26,809 bases of DNA, taken from positions 1-26,809 of the IMG/VR virus record IMGVR_UViG_3300048894_000042. The stretch is one strand, 5' to 3'. This stretch comes from a virus. Taxonomy: Duplodnaviria; Caudoviricetes. The position numbers were made by a program, and so were the translations under genes. Below the pieces are notes generated by a model. It had not been told where the DNA came from, searched no databases, and saw only the letters and a program-made list of their open reading frames with translations. Positions 8,222 through 15,548 of this stretch are shown here, piece by piece; position 1 is the stretch's first letter, and every line of letters begins with the position of its first letter.

Positions 8222-8578
8222 ATGGACGAGAACCTGGGCCCGGCCGAGCCGTGGCAGATCAGGTCATTCCCCAAGGCGCTGCGCGAGCGGCTGATCGACG
8301 AGGCGCACGCGGCCCGCTGCTCGGTGGGCGAGCTGCTGACGCGGATCGTGGTGGCGTACTTCGCGCCAAACAACGCGGCTGACAGGGCTGACGCGCCAAC
8401 CAACGCGATGGACGTGGTGCGCCTGGCGCCGCTGGTGGCGTCGATGCCCCGGTGGCTGCGTGCGGCGCTCTGGCGGCGGGTGGCGGGCGAGCTCGGCGTC
8501 CAGGCGCCGTCCGGGCGGCCACGCAAGGCGCTGGAGGGGCCTGTCATGGGGCCACCTCAGCGTAGGACCATCCCTTGA
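8222..8578 (+). CDS. Putative ribbon-helix-helix DNA-binding protein, antisense to the operon
   Basis: PWQIRSFPKALRERLIDEAHAARCSVGELLTRIV has an Arc/CopG-like beta-alpha-alpha pattern; occupies a gap in the minus-strand operon. Confidence 0.6.
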   Translation: MDENLGPAEPWQIRSFPKALRERLIDEAHAARCSVGELLTRIVVAYFAPNNAADRADAPTNAMDVVRLAPLVASMPRWLRAALWRRVAGELGVQAPSGRPRKALEGPVMGPPQRRTIP

Positions 8579-9056
8579 TGGCCTGAGACGCTAGCTTCTG
8601 GGCGTAGTGCGCCGTCAGCCTATTGGCCTTTGCTGCCAGCGCGATGCTTGGGAAAGCGCCTGCCGGGCTGACGACAGGCCGGCGCTTGGGGTGGTTCGGT
8701 CGATCTCTGAGGTGAGCAAAGTCGTCGGTCAGGCGACGAGCTGCTGCTGCCTTGGCGCCCCCGCCTCCAATCCGATATCCTAGGCGCAAGTTATCAATGC
8801 ATTCAGAGCAATAGATATTGCCGATAGCATAGGGACCGACATCCCCGAACCTGGCCATAACCAGGCAGCCCTTTCTCCTGCCACGGCGCGCCCAGCGGTC
8901 GTCAACCTGCCACCAGTCCCACCATTCCTCGAACGTCATCAGGAAAGGGATGCCGCGCTGTTTGGCGTTACGCCTCTGCGTCTCAAAGGCCACGGTTTGG
9001 GGCAGTAAGGCGCGATCATCGCGGTTATCGCGCCTGGTGGAATTGTGCCGGGTCAT
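8544..9056 (-). CDS. Putative homing-endonuclease-like protein (degenerate HNH, NUMOD1-like C-terminus)
   Basis: NAKQRGIPFLMTFEEWWDWW...MARFGDVGPYAIGNIY; C-terminal FPSIALAAKA...GWSY; ATGA coupling at 9056. Confidence 0.65.
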   Translation of the reverse strand: MTRHNSTRRDNRDDRALLPQTVAFETQRRNAKQRGIPFLMTFEEWWDWWQVDDRWARRGRRKGCLVMARFGDVGPYAIGNIYCSECIDNLRLGYRIGGGGAKAAAARRLTDDFAHLRDRPNHPKRRPVVSPAGAFPSIALAAKANRLTAHYAQKLASQAIKGWSYAEVAP

Positions 9057-10438
9057 GCGGCCTCCACCTCGGCGAACATTCCGGCGTCTGCCTCGATGCG
9101 TCGGCGGGCCATGGCGCAGTATTCGGGGGAAAGCTCGATCCCGATGGCGTGGCGCTGGAGGCGATCTGCGACCAGGGCAGTGGTGAAGGCCCCGGCAAAC
9201 GGGTCTAGGACGGTGCAAGGAACCACGGCGGCGTCGCACTGGCAGGTCGGCGCCCAGCCGGTGGTGGTGCGCTCCAATACGCCGTTAGCGGCATAGAACG
9301 AGCCACGCACGCCGGCATCAATGCGATTGTCTGGCATCATAGGCTCGCCGTCGTCGCCCACGGCATGACGCTGCCCAGCCGGCACTATAACGCTACGACC
9401 GTCCGGCGCTGTTCGAGCCTGCATACGTTGCCAAGGCGCCCCGCACGCCGCGCAGCAGCCGCGCTCGGACGTGCCTGCGCGGATCAGTGGCTCCACTAGA
9501 CGCGGCGGGAATGTCGCGAAGTGACTTTCGTTGAAAGCGGCTGGGTTCACGTCCAGCGCCAGCGGCTCGCCGTCCGACAGGATCATGCCGTAGGGCGGCT
9601 CCAGGCTGTCGAAGAACAAGTCGCTGTTTCGGAAGTTGCGGGTGCCGGAATAGACCGCATACTCGGGCGGCCTACCGTTGGCGTGCTTCGCGCGTTCGGC
9701 GCTGCCCTTAGCGGCTAGGGTGCCGGCAGGGATAGCGCCTTCACGAGCCACCGCCTGCGCGTCCCAGAAGTAGCGCGGGGATTTGGTAAGCAGGTAGACA
9801 TACTCGATCGCACTTGTTGGCCTGTCGGTCGTGCTCTCCGGCATGCACGACCGCTTGATCCACGGCATCTGCGACCGGATGAACCACCCATCCGCCTGAA
9901 GCGCTATCGCCACGCGGGCGGGCATCATCAGAAGGTCCTTGGGCTTGGCGTCGCCCATCCCGAACTGTCTTGCTTCAAAGAAGCTTCCGGCGTTCGTTGC
10001 CTGCTTCAGCGTTGCGCCGCCGCTTCCCTTAGTGCCGGATGCGTAGCTATCACCCAAATTCAGAAACAGCGTGCCATCCGGCCTCAACACCCGGCGCACC
10101 TCCCGAAACACCGCGACCATCTGCGCGATGTATTCGTCGGGCGTTGCCTCCAGGCCGATCTGCGCGTCAATGCGACGGGCGCCGCAGTGGCACACTTGCC
10201 CGACTGGCATGGTGTGCGTCCGAACCTTGACGCCTTCGCTCGTGTAGCCTGCCAGCGTCGAGTTAGCAGAAGCCAGCGGCGATCCTCTGTGCTGGCACTC
10301 TGCATCCCCCCCATCCCACTGCGCCGTGCCATAATCGCGCAAATTATAGTAAGGCGGGCTGGTCACGACACACTGCACGGACGCATCGGGCAGCGTCGCC
10401 AGCATCTCGCGCGCGTCGCCCTGGATGATGCGGATCAC
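9053..10438 (-). CDS. DNA methyltransferase, N4-C/N6-A beta class
   Basis: TSPPY catalytic motif near the N-terminus; HFATFP; VLDPFAGAFTT SAM-binding motif; IGIEL; GTG start at 10438 coupled to the upstream stop. Confidence 0.93.
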   Translation of the reverse strand: MIRIIQGDAREMLATLPDASVQCVVTSPPYYNLRDYGTAQWDGGDAECQHRGSPLASANSTLAGYTSEGVKVRTHTMPVGQVCHCGARRIDAQIGLEATPDEYIAQMVAVFREVRRVLRPDGTLFLNLGDSYASGTKGSGGATLKQATNAGSFFEARQFGMGDAKPKDLLMMPARVAIALQADGWFIRSQMPWIKRSCMPESTTDRPTSAIEYVYLLTKSPRYFWDAQAVAREGAIPAGTLAAKGSAERAKHANGRPPEYAVYSGTRNFRNSDLFFDSLEPPYGMILSDGEPLALDVNPAAFNESHFATFPPRLVEPLIRAGTSERGCCAACGAPWQRMQARTAPDGRSVIVPAGQRHAVGDDGEPMMPDNRIDAGVRGSFYAANGVLERTTTGWAPTCQCDAAVVPCTVLDPFAGAFTTALVADRLQRHAIGIELSPEYCAMARRRIEADAGMFAEVEAA

Positions 10439-10728
10439 GCCGCCGTCTCCGCTGGCGCGTGCTCGCTGAACGTCAGCGTCGGCGATCCGGCGCGCGCCTC
10501 GCAGTGCCACTCGCCTGCGTACTCGGTGCAGCGGCCGCGCCAGGCGCCATCCCGCAGCGTGAGCAGGCCCTGGCCGATCAAGTGCGGACCGTCCCACAAA
10601 CCTACGGTCATTTCCGTGTCTGTGAGACGCTGTGTTCTAGCCATCATCGTGGAGACAGGATGGCCGGTTAATCTCCCCTCAGCTGCCCCGCCGCCCAGGC
10701 TGCGCATAGTTGCTACTGGAAAGCTCAT
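10435..10728 (-). CDS. Hypothetical protein
   Basis: 97 aa from ATG 10728 (ATGA overlap, GGAGG RBS). Confidence 0.6.
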   Translation of the reverse strand: MSFPVATMRSLGGGAAEGRLTGHPVSTMMARTQRLTDTEMTVGLWDGPHLIGQGLLTLRDGAWRGRCTEYAGEWHCEARAGSPTLTFSEHAPAETAA

Positions 10729-11333
10729 TTGGATGATCCTCCAGGGAGATGCGACCAAGTTCGACCAGTCTTTGCCGCCCATACTGATGACTTATCGGCC
10801 CCTGTGATCTCCATTACGTCTCTGGTTGAGAGACGCCCTGAACGTAAGTCCGCAACCAGATTGTCAGAAAGCTTGGCGCTGTGATGATCTCCCCCGTGAG
10901 GGTGGCGCCACTTCGCCATCTGGTCAGCCTTGTTCGCAAATACGTCACCAAGGAATAGGTGATCCGGATTTACGCAGGCAGGAACGTCGCACTTGTGGCA
11001 AAGCCACTGCTCGTTATTGAGCGGCCCGACAAACAATTCGTAGGACAATCTATGGGCTGCCTTAGGCCAGTTCCCTACTGAAATCTGACCATAGCCCTTC
11101 CGGTTTTTGGTCCCAGTCCAAAGCCAACAACCATTTGCGTCCAATAAGATGCGCGATTTAACCCTGGCTATCAGATCATCGCGGGTTTCTGGCTTGCGCG
11201 CAGAAGCTGCGGCCATTCCTTTGCACTTAGCGGAGCAGCAATAGTGACCAGTCTTAGACTGGCTCTTGTGCTTCCTGATGAAGATCGAACCACAAATAGT
11301 GCAGCGTTCGCTGGTAGCGCGGGGGAGGCTCAT
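10725..11333 (-). CDS. HNH homing endonuclease (HNH_3-like)
   Basis: CWLWTG...GYG...AHRLSYELFVG...CHKCDVPACVNPDHLFLG...N; N-terminal CxxC/CSxxC; C-terminal HTH. Confidence 0.92.
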   Translation of the reverse strand: MSLPRATSERCTICGSIFIRKHKSQSKTGHYCCSAKCKGMAAASARKPETRDDLIARVKSRILLDANGCWLWTGTKNRKGYGQISVGNWPKAAHRLSYELFVGPLNNEQWLCHKCDVPACVNPDHLFLGDVFANKADQMAKWRHPHGGDHHSAKLSDNLVADLRSGRLSTRDVMEITGADKSSVWAAKTGRTWSHLPGGSSK

Positions 11334-11830
11334 ACCAGCATCCCGGCTAAGCGTGCCCGCTGTATCTGCGCTGGCGTCGGCCGTGCCACCCGCTTCCCGC
11401 CTGCCGCGCGCTTGCGGACGGGGCGGATGCCCTCGTTCTGTGCGGCGATGCTGGCACGGATGCCGGAGACCGAGGCGCGGAGAGGGACGCCTAGACCACG
11501 TAAAGCGTCCTCCGCTTCCTCAACTGAGCGGACCATGAACCACAGATGCCGATTGCGTCGGATGAAAAAAGCAACGGCTTCCTGTTCGCGGGAAAGGCGT
11601 CCGGTCGCGTTCTTCACCTCCAGAAAGATCGCCGGGAAGCGCTCCACCAGGATCATGTGATCCGGCGTGCCCCTCTGGCCTCCACGAGCCTTGAGCCGCT
11701 GTGCGACCGCGAGAGACGCCTTGCCGGCGCTGTCGATGGCGCAGTGCCACGAGCCTTCCGGCAGCGCGCGGTTGAGGTACACCGCGATGGTCGCGTGTAT
11801 CTGCTGCTCACTGGCGGCGGCGCGGGTCAT
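11330..11830 (-). CDS. VRR-NUC domain (PD-(D/E)xK) nuclease
   Basis: SEQQIH...GTPD...FLEVK..TGRLSREQ...VRSVEEA; ATG 11830 with GGAGG RBS. Confidence 0.85.
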   Translation of the reverse strand: MTRAAASEQQIHATIAVYLNRALPEGSWHCAIDSAGKASLAVAQRLKARGGQRGTPDHMILVERFPAIFLEVKNATGRLSREQEAVAFFIRRNRHLWFMVRSVEEAEDALRGLGVPLRASVSGIRASIAAQNEGIRPVRKRAAGGKRVARPTPAQIQRARLAGMLV

Positions 11831-12063
11831 GCCACCCTCCGGTGATGGGCCTGGCGGAAGTCGTCCAGCGCCGCGGCGGCAAGTCGCTTGCGGTCCTGCT
11901 CGACCTTCCTGCGCCGCGTCTGCATCTCTGTGATCCGGTCGTGGTTCAACGCCCGCCGGATGCGCTCGCATTCGCTGCAAGACCGCGCGCCGTCAGCCTT
12001 CCAACGGAAGCTGCCTTCAGTATATGCGTGTCCCCGCATACAAGCGGCCCGGAGCACTTTCAT
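11827..12063 (-). CDS. Small zinc-binding protein (CxRGH...CxxC)
   Basis: CMRGHAYT...RSCSEC, the motif usually found C-terminal in phage HNH proteins; ATGA coupling. Confidence 0.65.
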   Translation of the reverse strand: MKVLRAACMRGHAYTEGSFRWKADGARSCSECERIRRALNHDRITEMQTRRRKVEQDRKRLAAAALDDFRQAHHRRVA

Positions 12064-12686
12064 GCCGCCGCGCTCCACTCGTTCATCTTCGGCGTGCGGA
12101 TGTAACACCGGGCATAGCATTCCGGGCAGTACGAGGAGCCGGGCTTGGTCAGCTTTCCGCAGAACTGGGGATTGTGGGGATCGTCGTTGAAGATGAACTG
12201 GCACGTCTTATACGGCGAGGGAGGCATCTGCGACGGCTTGGGCTCGGGCGCCCGCTGTATCGGCTTGGGAGGCGCCTTAGGCGGCGCGGACCACAGCGAC
12301 CAGTCAAACACCGGGGCGTCGATCGGAGGCAGTGTGCGGCCGCTCAGAGCGACATGGGCCAGGCGTTGCGGCAACCCTTGCGGCGTGCGCGTCCTGACCT
12401 TGCCGGAGCCTTTGAGCCTGATCGGCGAGGGGCGGGCCGGCAGGGGAATGCGCCGCCTCAGCGAGACGACGACATTGACCGAGACGCCCAACTCCATGGC
12501 AATCACAGCCACCTTCTCGCCGGCGTGCCACATGACCGCCAGCCGGTCTTTCATTCCCTGAGTGTGGACCACCTTGACGCCGAAGTTGTGGATTGAGCGG
12601 CAGTGCGGCGAGCACACCACCGTCTGGAGGTGTGAGAGCACATCGCCGCACACCAGGCAGCGACCTCGGTCAGCCCGCGCTCTCAT
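12060..12686 (-). CDS. gcrA: GcrA-family regulator with extra N-terminal Cys motif
   Basis: RLAVMWHAGEKVAVIAMELGVSVNVVVSLRRRI HTH, LPARPSPI, C-terminal CQFIFND...FCGK...GSSYCPEC; GGAGG RBS before ATG 12686. Confidence 0.82.
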   Translation of the reverse strand: MRARADRGRCLVCGDVLSHLQTVVCSPHCRSIHNFGVKVVHTQGMKDRLAVMWHAGEKVAVIAMELGVSVNVVVSLRRRIPLPARPSPIRLKGSGKVRTRTPQGLPQRLAHVALSGRTLPPIDAPVFDWSLWSAPPKAPPKPIQRAPEPKPSQMPPSPYKTCQFIFNDDPHNPQFCGKLTKPGSSYCPECYARCYIRTPKMNEWSAAA

Positions 12687-12745
12687 CGCCTGTCCCTCCA
12701 CCGCTGGATACAGCTGGCCATTTGGTAGTGCAGCGTGCCCATCAT
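12683..12745 (-). CDS. 20-aa coupling micro-ORF
   Basis: MMGTLHYQMASCIQRWRDRR; ATGA overlaps at both ends bridge the 12742 ORF to gcrA. Confidence 0.45.
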   Translation of the reverse strand: MMGTLHYQMASCIQRWRDRR

Positions 12746-13137
12746 GCGGCGCACTGCAGCGCGTACGTCCCAGACCCAGGCGCGCATTTGGCGTCTCCCA
12801 ATGCCAGTTCGAGCTGGCTTTGCCGGTCACGAATTTCCTCAGCCTTGGCGTGGCACCGCGCCGCAGCGCGCATGTGCTCGTCGCCTAGATGGATCAACAC
12901 ACGGATGGTGCCGGCGGCGATCCACGACTGCTGTTCTGCGGACACCAGCACCGGCTCGTCTTGGTAGTAGAGATGCCGGACGCGACGCGCGGCCAGGCGC
13001 ATCTTTCTCGCGACTTCGCCTAGTGCGGTATGTGTCCCTAAGCCGATGCGGCGCAGTTCACCAACCAACGTGTGCAGGTCAGTGACTGCTAATGCCAGAA
13101 GATCGGGACGGCACTCTTTTGTCCTACGGATGCTCAT
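12742..13137 (-). CDS. Putative DNA-binding protein in the CII position
   Basis: 131 aa; GGAG RBS; HTH-like ALGEVARKMRLAARRVRHLYY; second gene after cro. Confidence 0.55.
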   Translation of the reverse strand: MSIRRTKECRPDLLALAVTDLHTLVGELRRIGLGTHTALGEVARKMRLAARRVRHLYYQDEPVLVSAEQQSWIAAGTIRVLIHLGDEHMRAAARCHAKAEEIRDRQSQLELALGDAKCAPGSGTYALQCAA

Positions 13138-13146
13138 GGATCGCTC

Positions 13147-13380
13147 CTATGTTCTGCCCATGAGACGATGCCGTTCCCTATCCAAAGAAATGCCCGGCGC
13201 TTGTTGGTTGCTCGGTGAGCGCCGGGCGAGTTTGGCAGATGGAGGAAACGTCCAGTCTGTGGCCACTGTCCCGGCCACACTCGGGTCGTTCTGCACGGCG
13301 ACACAGGTCAGCCGCATCACGAGGCACGCGATTGGCACGCTCAGCACCCACCAGGCGGCGATGGCGATGGCCCACGTCAT
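13147..13380 (-). CDS. Hypothetical protein with N-terminal hydrophobic segment
   Basis: 77 aa; ATGA overlap with the cro stop. Confidence 0.5.
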   Translation of the reverse strand: MTWAIAIAAWWVLSVPIACLVMRLTCVAVQNDPSVAGTVATDWTFPPSAKLARRSPSNQQAPGISLDRERHRLMGRT

Positions 13381-13574
13381 GCTGCCTCGCAGCAGTAGAA
13401 GTCGTTCGGAGTGACCTTGCCCCCGGTTGCGGCCTTGATCGCCGCCATCACCTCTCGGGTGGGGATGCGCTCGCCTCTGGCGTACCGATGCACCGCCTGG
13501 ATGGAGACGCCGATCTGCTCGGCGAAGGTGGGGATGCCGATCTGGTTCTCATCGAGGTATTGGCGAAGGCGCAT
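13377..13574 (-). CDS. cro: Cro-like XRE HTH regulator
   Basis: MRLRQYL...FAEQIGVSIQAVHRYARGERIP...ATGGKVTPNDF; divergent from the repressor. Confidence 0.88.
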   Translation of the reverse strand: MRLRQYLDENQIGIPTFAEQIGVSIQAVHRYARGERIPTREVMAAIKAATGGKVTPNDFYCCEAA

Positions 13575-13691
13575 ACCGCAGTGTTCGCCATGATGGTGAA
13601 CTCTGTCAAGCGCCAATCGTCACGCGCTGGTGAAAATAATTCACCGGATTGGCGCTGGCGTCAATATCCCCACATTGGTGATGCTGGCCGC
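13575..13691. promoter_or_regulatory. OR-like switch: divergent promoters and palindromic operators
   Basis: GTTCGCCA-TGA-TGGTGAAC (13583-13601), TTCACCG-GAT-TGGCGCT (13640-13656), ATCCCCA-CAT-TGGTGAT (13666-13682); minus-strand TTGACA-N18-AACACT 5 nt before the cro ATG. Confidence 0.78.
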
Positions 13692-14066
13692 ATGGCCAAC
13701 CGCATCAGACAATTACGTCTTGAGCGTGGGATGACGCTGGAGGAACTGGCCGAAATGGTCGGAACCAGCTTGCAGCAAATCTCGCGGCTGGAGCTAAGCG
13801 ACCGGCGGCTTTCCGAGAAGTGGCTCCGCCCAATCGCTAAGGCTTTGGGCGTTTCGCCGGGTGATCTCCTTGCGGACGCGGCGCCAGACCCGGTTTCCAG
13901 CATGAAGAAGGCTGAGCAGTTCATGGTCTGGCAGCTCTGGGAGCGGATGTCCCTGGAGGAGAAGAAATTCTGGGCTGACTGGGGGCGCACGAAGGGCATC
14001 GACCTCTTGTCTGCCCTTGGCGGCGGCTCCTCGAACAAGCCGAAGCGCGGGCGCAGCGCGGCCTAA
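13692..14066 (+). CDS. cI: CI-like XRE repressor without S24 peptidase domain
   Basis: NRIRQLRLERGMTLEELAEMVGTSLQQISRLE...IAKALGVSPGDLL HTH_3; 124 aa; flanked by operators. Confidence 0.88.
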   Translation: MANRIRQLRLERGMTLEELAEMVGTSLQQISRLELSDRRLSEKWLRPIAKALGVSPGDLLADAAPDPVSSMKKAEQFMVWQLWERMSLEEKKFWADWGRTKGIDLLSALGGGSSNKPKRGRSAA

Positions 14067-14146
14067 ATCTCCGGACTGGTGAAAAAAGTTTCGGCCTGAC
14101 GCTGGTTTCCTATTGCCAGCCGTTCGCCAATGTGGTGAACTACCCT
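14067..14146 (+). promoter_or_regulatory. OL-like operators and PL-like promoter
   Basis: ATCTCCG-GAC-TGGTGAA (14067-14083) and GTTCGCCA-ATG-TGGTGAAC (14122-14140; arms identical to the cro-proximal operator); TTGCCA at 14113. Confidence 0.72.
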
Positions 14147-14165
14147 CGTCATCACCGAGGGCGTC

Positions 14166-14639
14166 ATGCTCCACTTTCTCCCCGTAACCGTCCCGAATGA
14201 GCCTAAGCGATCCGACCAATCCCAGCAGCGGCACGATGTGCGAGGCGAGCCCGGCGACGATCGTATGCGGCACGGCGGCGGCTCCCCTGCGGTTGTTGTC
14301 GGCACGCTCGGCACGCTGGCCGATTGTGACGCGACGGCGACACCTCCCGCAAGCGTCAGTACGGTAACATGCCGAACGGAACCCGGTATCGACGCGCAGA
14401 ATATCGCGCACATTCCGCAGGTTGCGGACGCCGCGCAACGATCTTTCGTTTTGACGGGTGCCACAGAGGACAATAGTCCTGACCTATCGGCAATTCCCGT
14501 TAGTCGCGAGCCGGTGCCTGATATTGCCCCGGACGCGGGAATAGATGCGGCGGCTGGCGAGACCTGTCCGGCGTGCATGGGCAGCGGCATGGGCCACTTC
14601 GGACGGTGCTCGGTGTGCGCTGGGGTTGGCGTGCTGTGA
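14166..14639 (+). CDS. Hypothetical protein with C-terminal CxxCxGxG zinc finger
   Basis: GAGG RBS; CPACMGSG...CSVCAGVG; true start uncertain. Confidence 0.5.
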   Translation: MLHFLPVTVPNEPKRSDQSQQRHDVRGEPGDDRMRHGGGSPAVVVGTLGTLADCDATATPPASVSTVTCRTEPGIDAQNIAHIPQVADAAQRSFVLTGATEDNSPDLSAIPVSREPVPDIAPDAGIDAAAGETCPACMGSGMGHFGRCSVCAGVGVL

Positions 14640-14773
14640 TCGCCACCGCCGCCATCCTCGCCGGCCTGCTGCTCGTCGTCGCGTGGGTGCTGTCGCATCC
14701 CGTGCCGATACCACGTCCACCGAGCCGAGCGCCGGACCTGCGCTCCTACGAACCCACCAGGGACAAGGACTGA
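14636..14773 (+). CDS. Small single-TM protein
   Basis: GTGA overlap; MIATAAILAGLLLVVAWVL followed by a Pro-rich tail. Confidence 0.55.
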   Translation: MIATAAILAGLLLVVAWVLSHPVPIPRPPSRAPDLRSYEPTRDKD

Positions 14774-14777
14774 GGCC

Positions 14778-15017
14778 ATGGCCATCACCGTATTGCCCTG
14801 TCCCTGCTGCGACGGAACCGGGCGCGTTGCGACCTTCCTCGACCCGTATCACCGCCTATCGCCATGTCCTGAATGCGACGGAAGTTCCGAGGCGCATTGC
14901 CACGTCCGAGGCTGCAACTACCTGGCGACCGACGCCGCCGTTGACGCGCTGGGCGGATGTTTCCCGATGTGCCAGCGGCATTTCGCTGAGCACATGGCGG
15001 AGGAAATCGAGGAATGA
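14778..15017 (+). CDS. Cys-rich zinc-finger protein
   Basis: CPCCDGTG, CPECDGS, CHVRGC, CQRH; GAGG RBS. Confidence 0.7.
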   Translation: MAITVLPCPCCDGTGRVATFLDPYHRLSPCPECDGSSEAHCHVRGCNYLATDAAVDALGGCFPMCQRHFAEHMAEEIEE

Positions 15018-15193
15018 ACGCCGAGAACCTGCGCCCCATCCCCTGCGAATACTGCGGCGGCGGGGGCGAGTGGGAGGAGATGTACTGGAACGGCCATGAG
15101 CCGGCCGCTCGGATGCATCGCTGCACCGCCTGCAATGGCTCTGGCGATGAATGGATCGAGGTCGCGCCTATCGAGATGGAGGACCTGCTATGA
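15014..15193 (+). CDS. Small CxxCxGxG zinc-finger protein (absent from the ORF track)
   Basis: 59 aa MNAENLRPIPCEYCGGGG...CTACNGSG...EDLL; ATGA coupling on both sides. Confidence 0.7.
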   Translation: MNAENLRPIPCEYCGGGGEWEEMYWNGHEPAARMHRCTACNGSGDEWIEVAPIEMEDLL

Positions 15194-15384
15194 AGCATGG
15201 CGAGATACTGGCCGGCGCGAAGTTCTACGCCAGGGCAGCGGCATTTCGCGCTGTCCATGGGGTTATCCCGGAGCGCAATACCGAGGCCGACAACGCTAAC
15301 TGGAAGCGGACGCGCGTCGATGTCCGCGATGGATGCATTGAAATGGTCCGCGGCATTCTCGCGGCCTGCGAGGTCAAGACATGA
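15190..15384 (+). CDS. Hypothetical protein
   Basis: 64 aa MKHGEILAG...; GGAGG RBS; ATGA overlaps. Confidence 0.6.
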   Translation: MKHGEILAGAKFYARAAAFRAVHGVIPERNTEADNANWKRTRVDVRDGCIEMVRGILAACEVKT

Positions 15385-15548
15385 GCCCCGAGAACATCGC
15401 CCGCGTTGACGCCTACTGCGCGCAGATCAGCGCATTGGCCGACAGCTTGAACCACCTCTACGCCGAACTCTGCGAGATGCGCGACGAGATGCGTGATCTG
15501 CTCGGCGACGAGCGCCAGGAGCCGCTGCCACTCAGGAGGGCCGCATGA
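15381..15548 (+). CDS. Small coiled-coil protein (absent from the ORF track)
   Basis: 55 aa MSPENIARVDAYC...LRRAA; ATGA coupling on both sides. Confidence 0.65.
   Translation: MSPENIARVDAYCAQISALADSLNHLYAELCEMRDEMRDLLGDERQEPLPLRRAA

Noticed and set aside
7987-8547. Long N-terminal extension of the 307-aa ORF 7624-8547
   Set aside because: Shadow of the plus-strand gene and intergenic DNA; the real start with RBS is at 7986
13215-13691. 283-aa version of the repressor
   Set aside because: The extension overlaps cro and the operators; the HTH begins at ATG 13692
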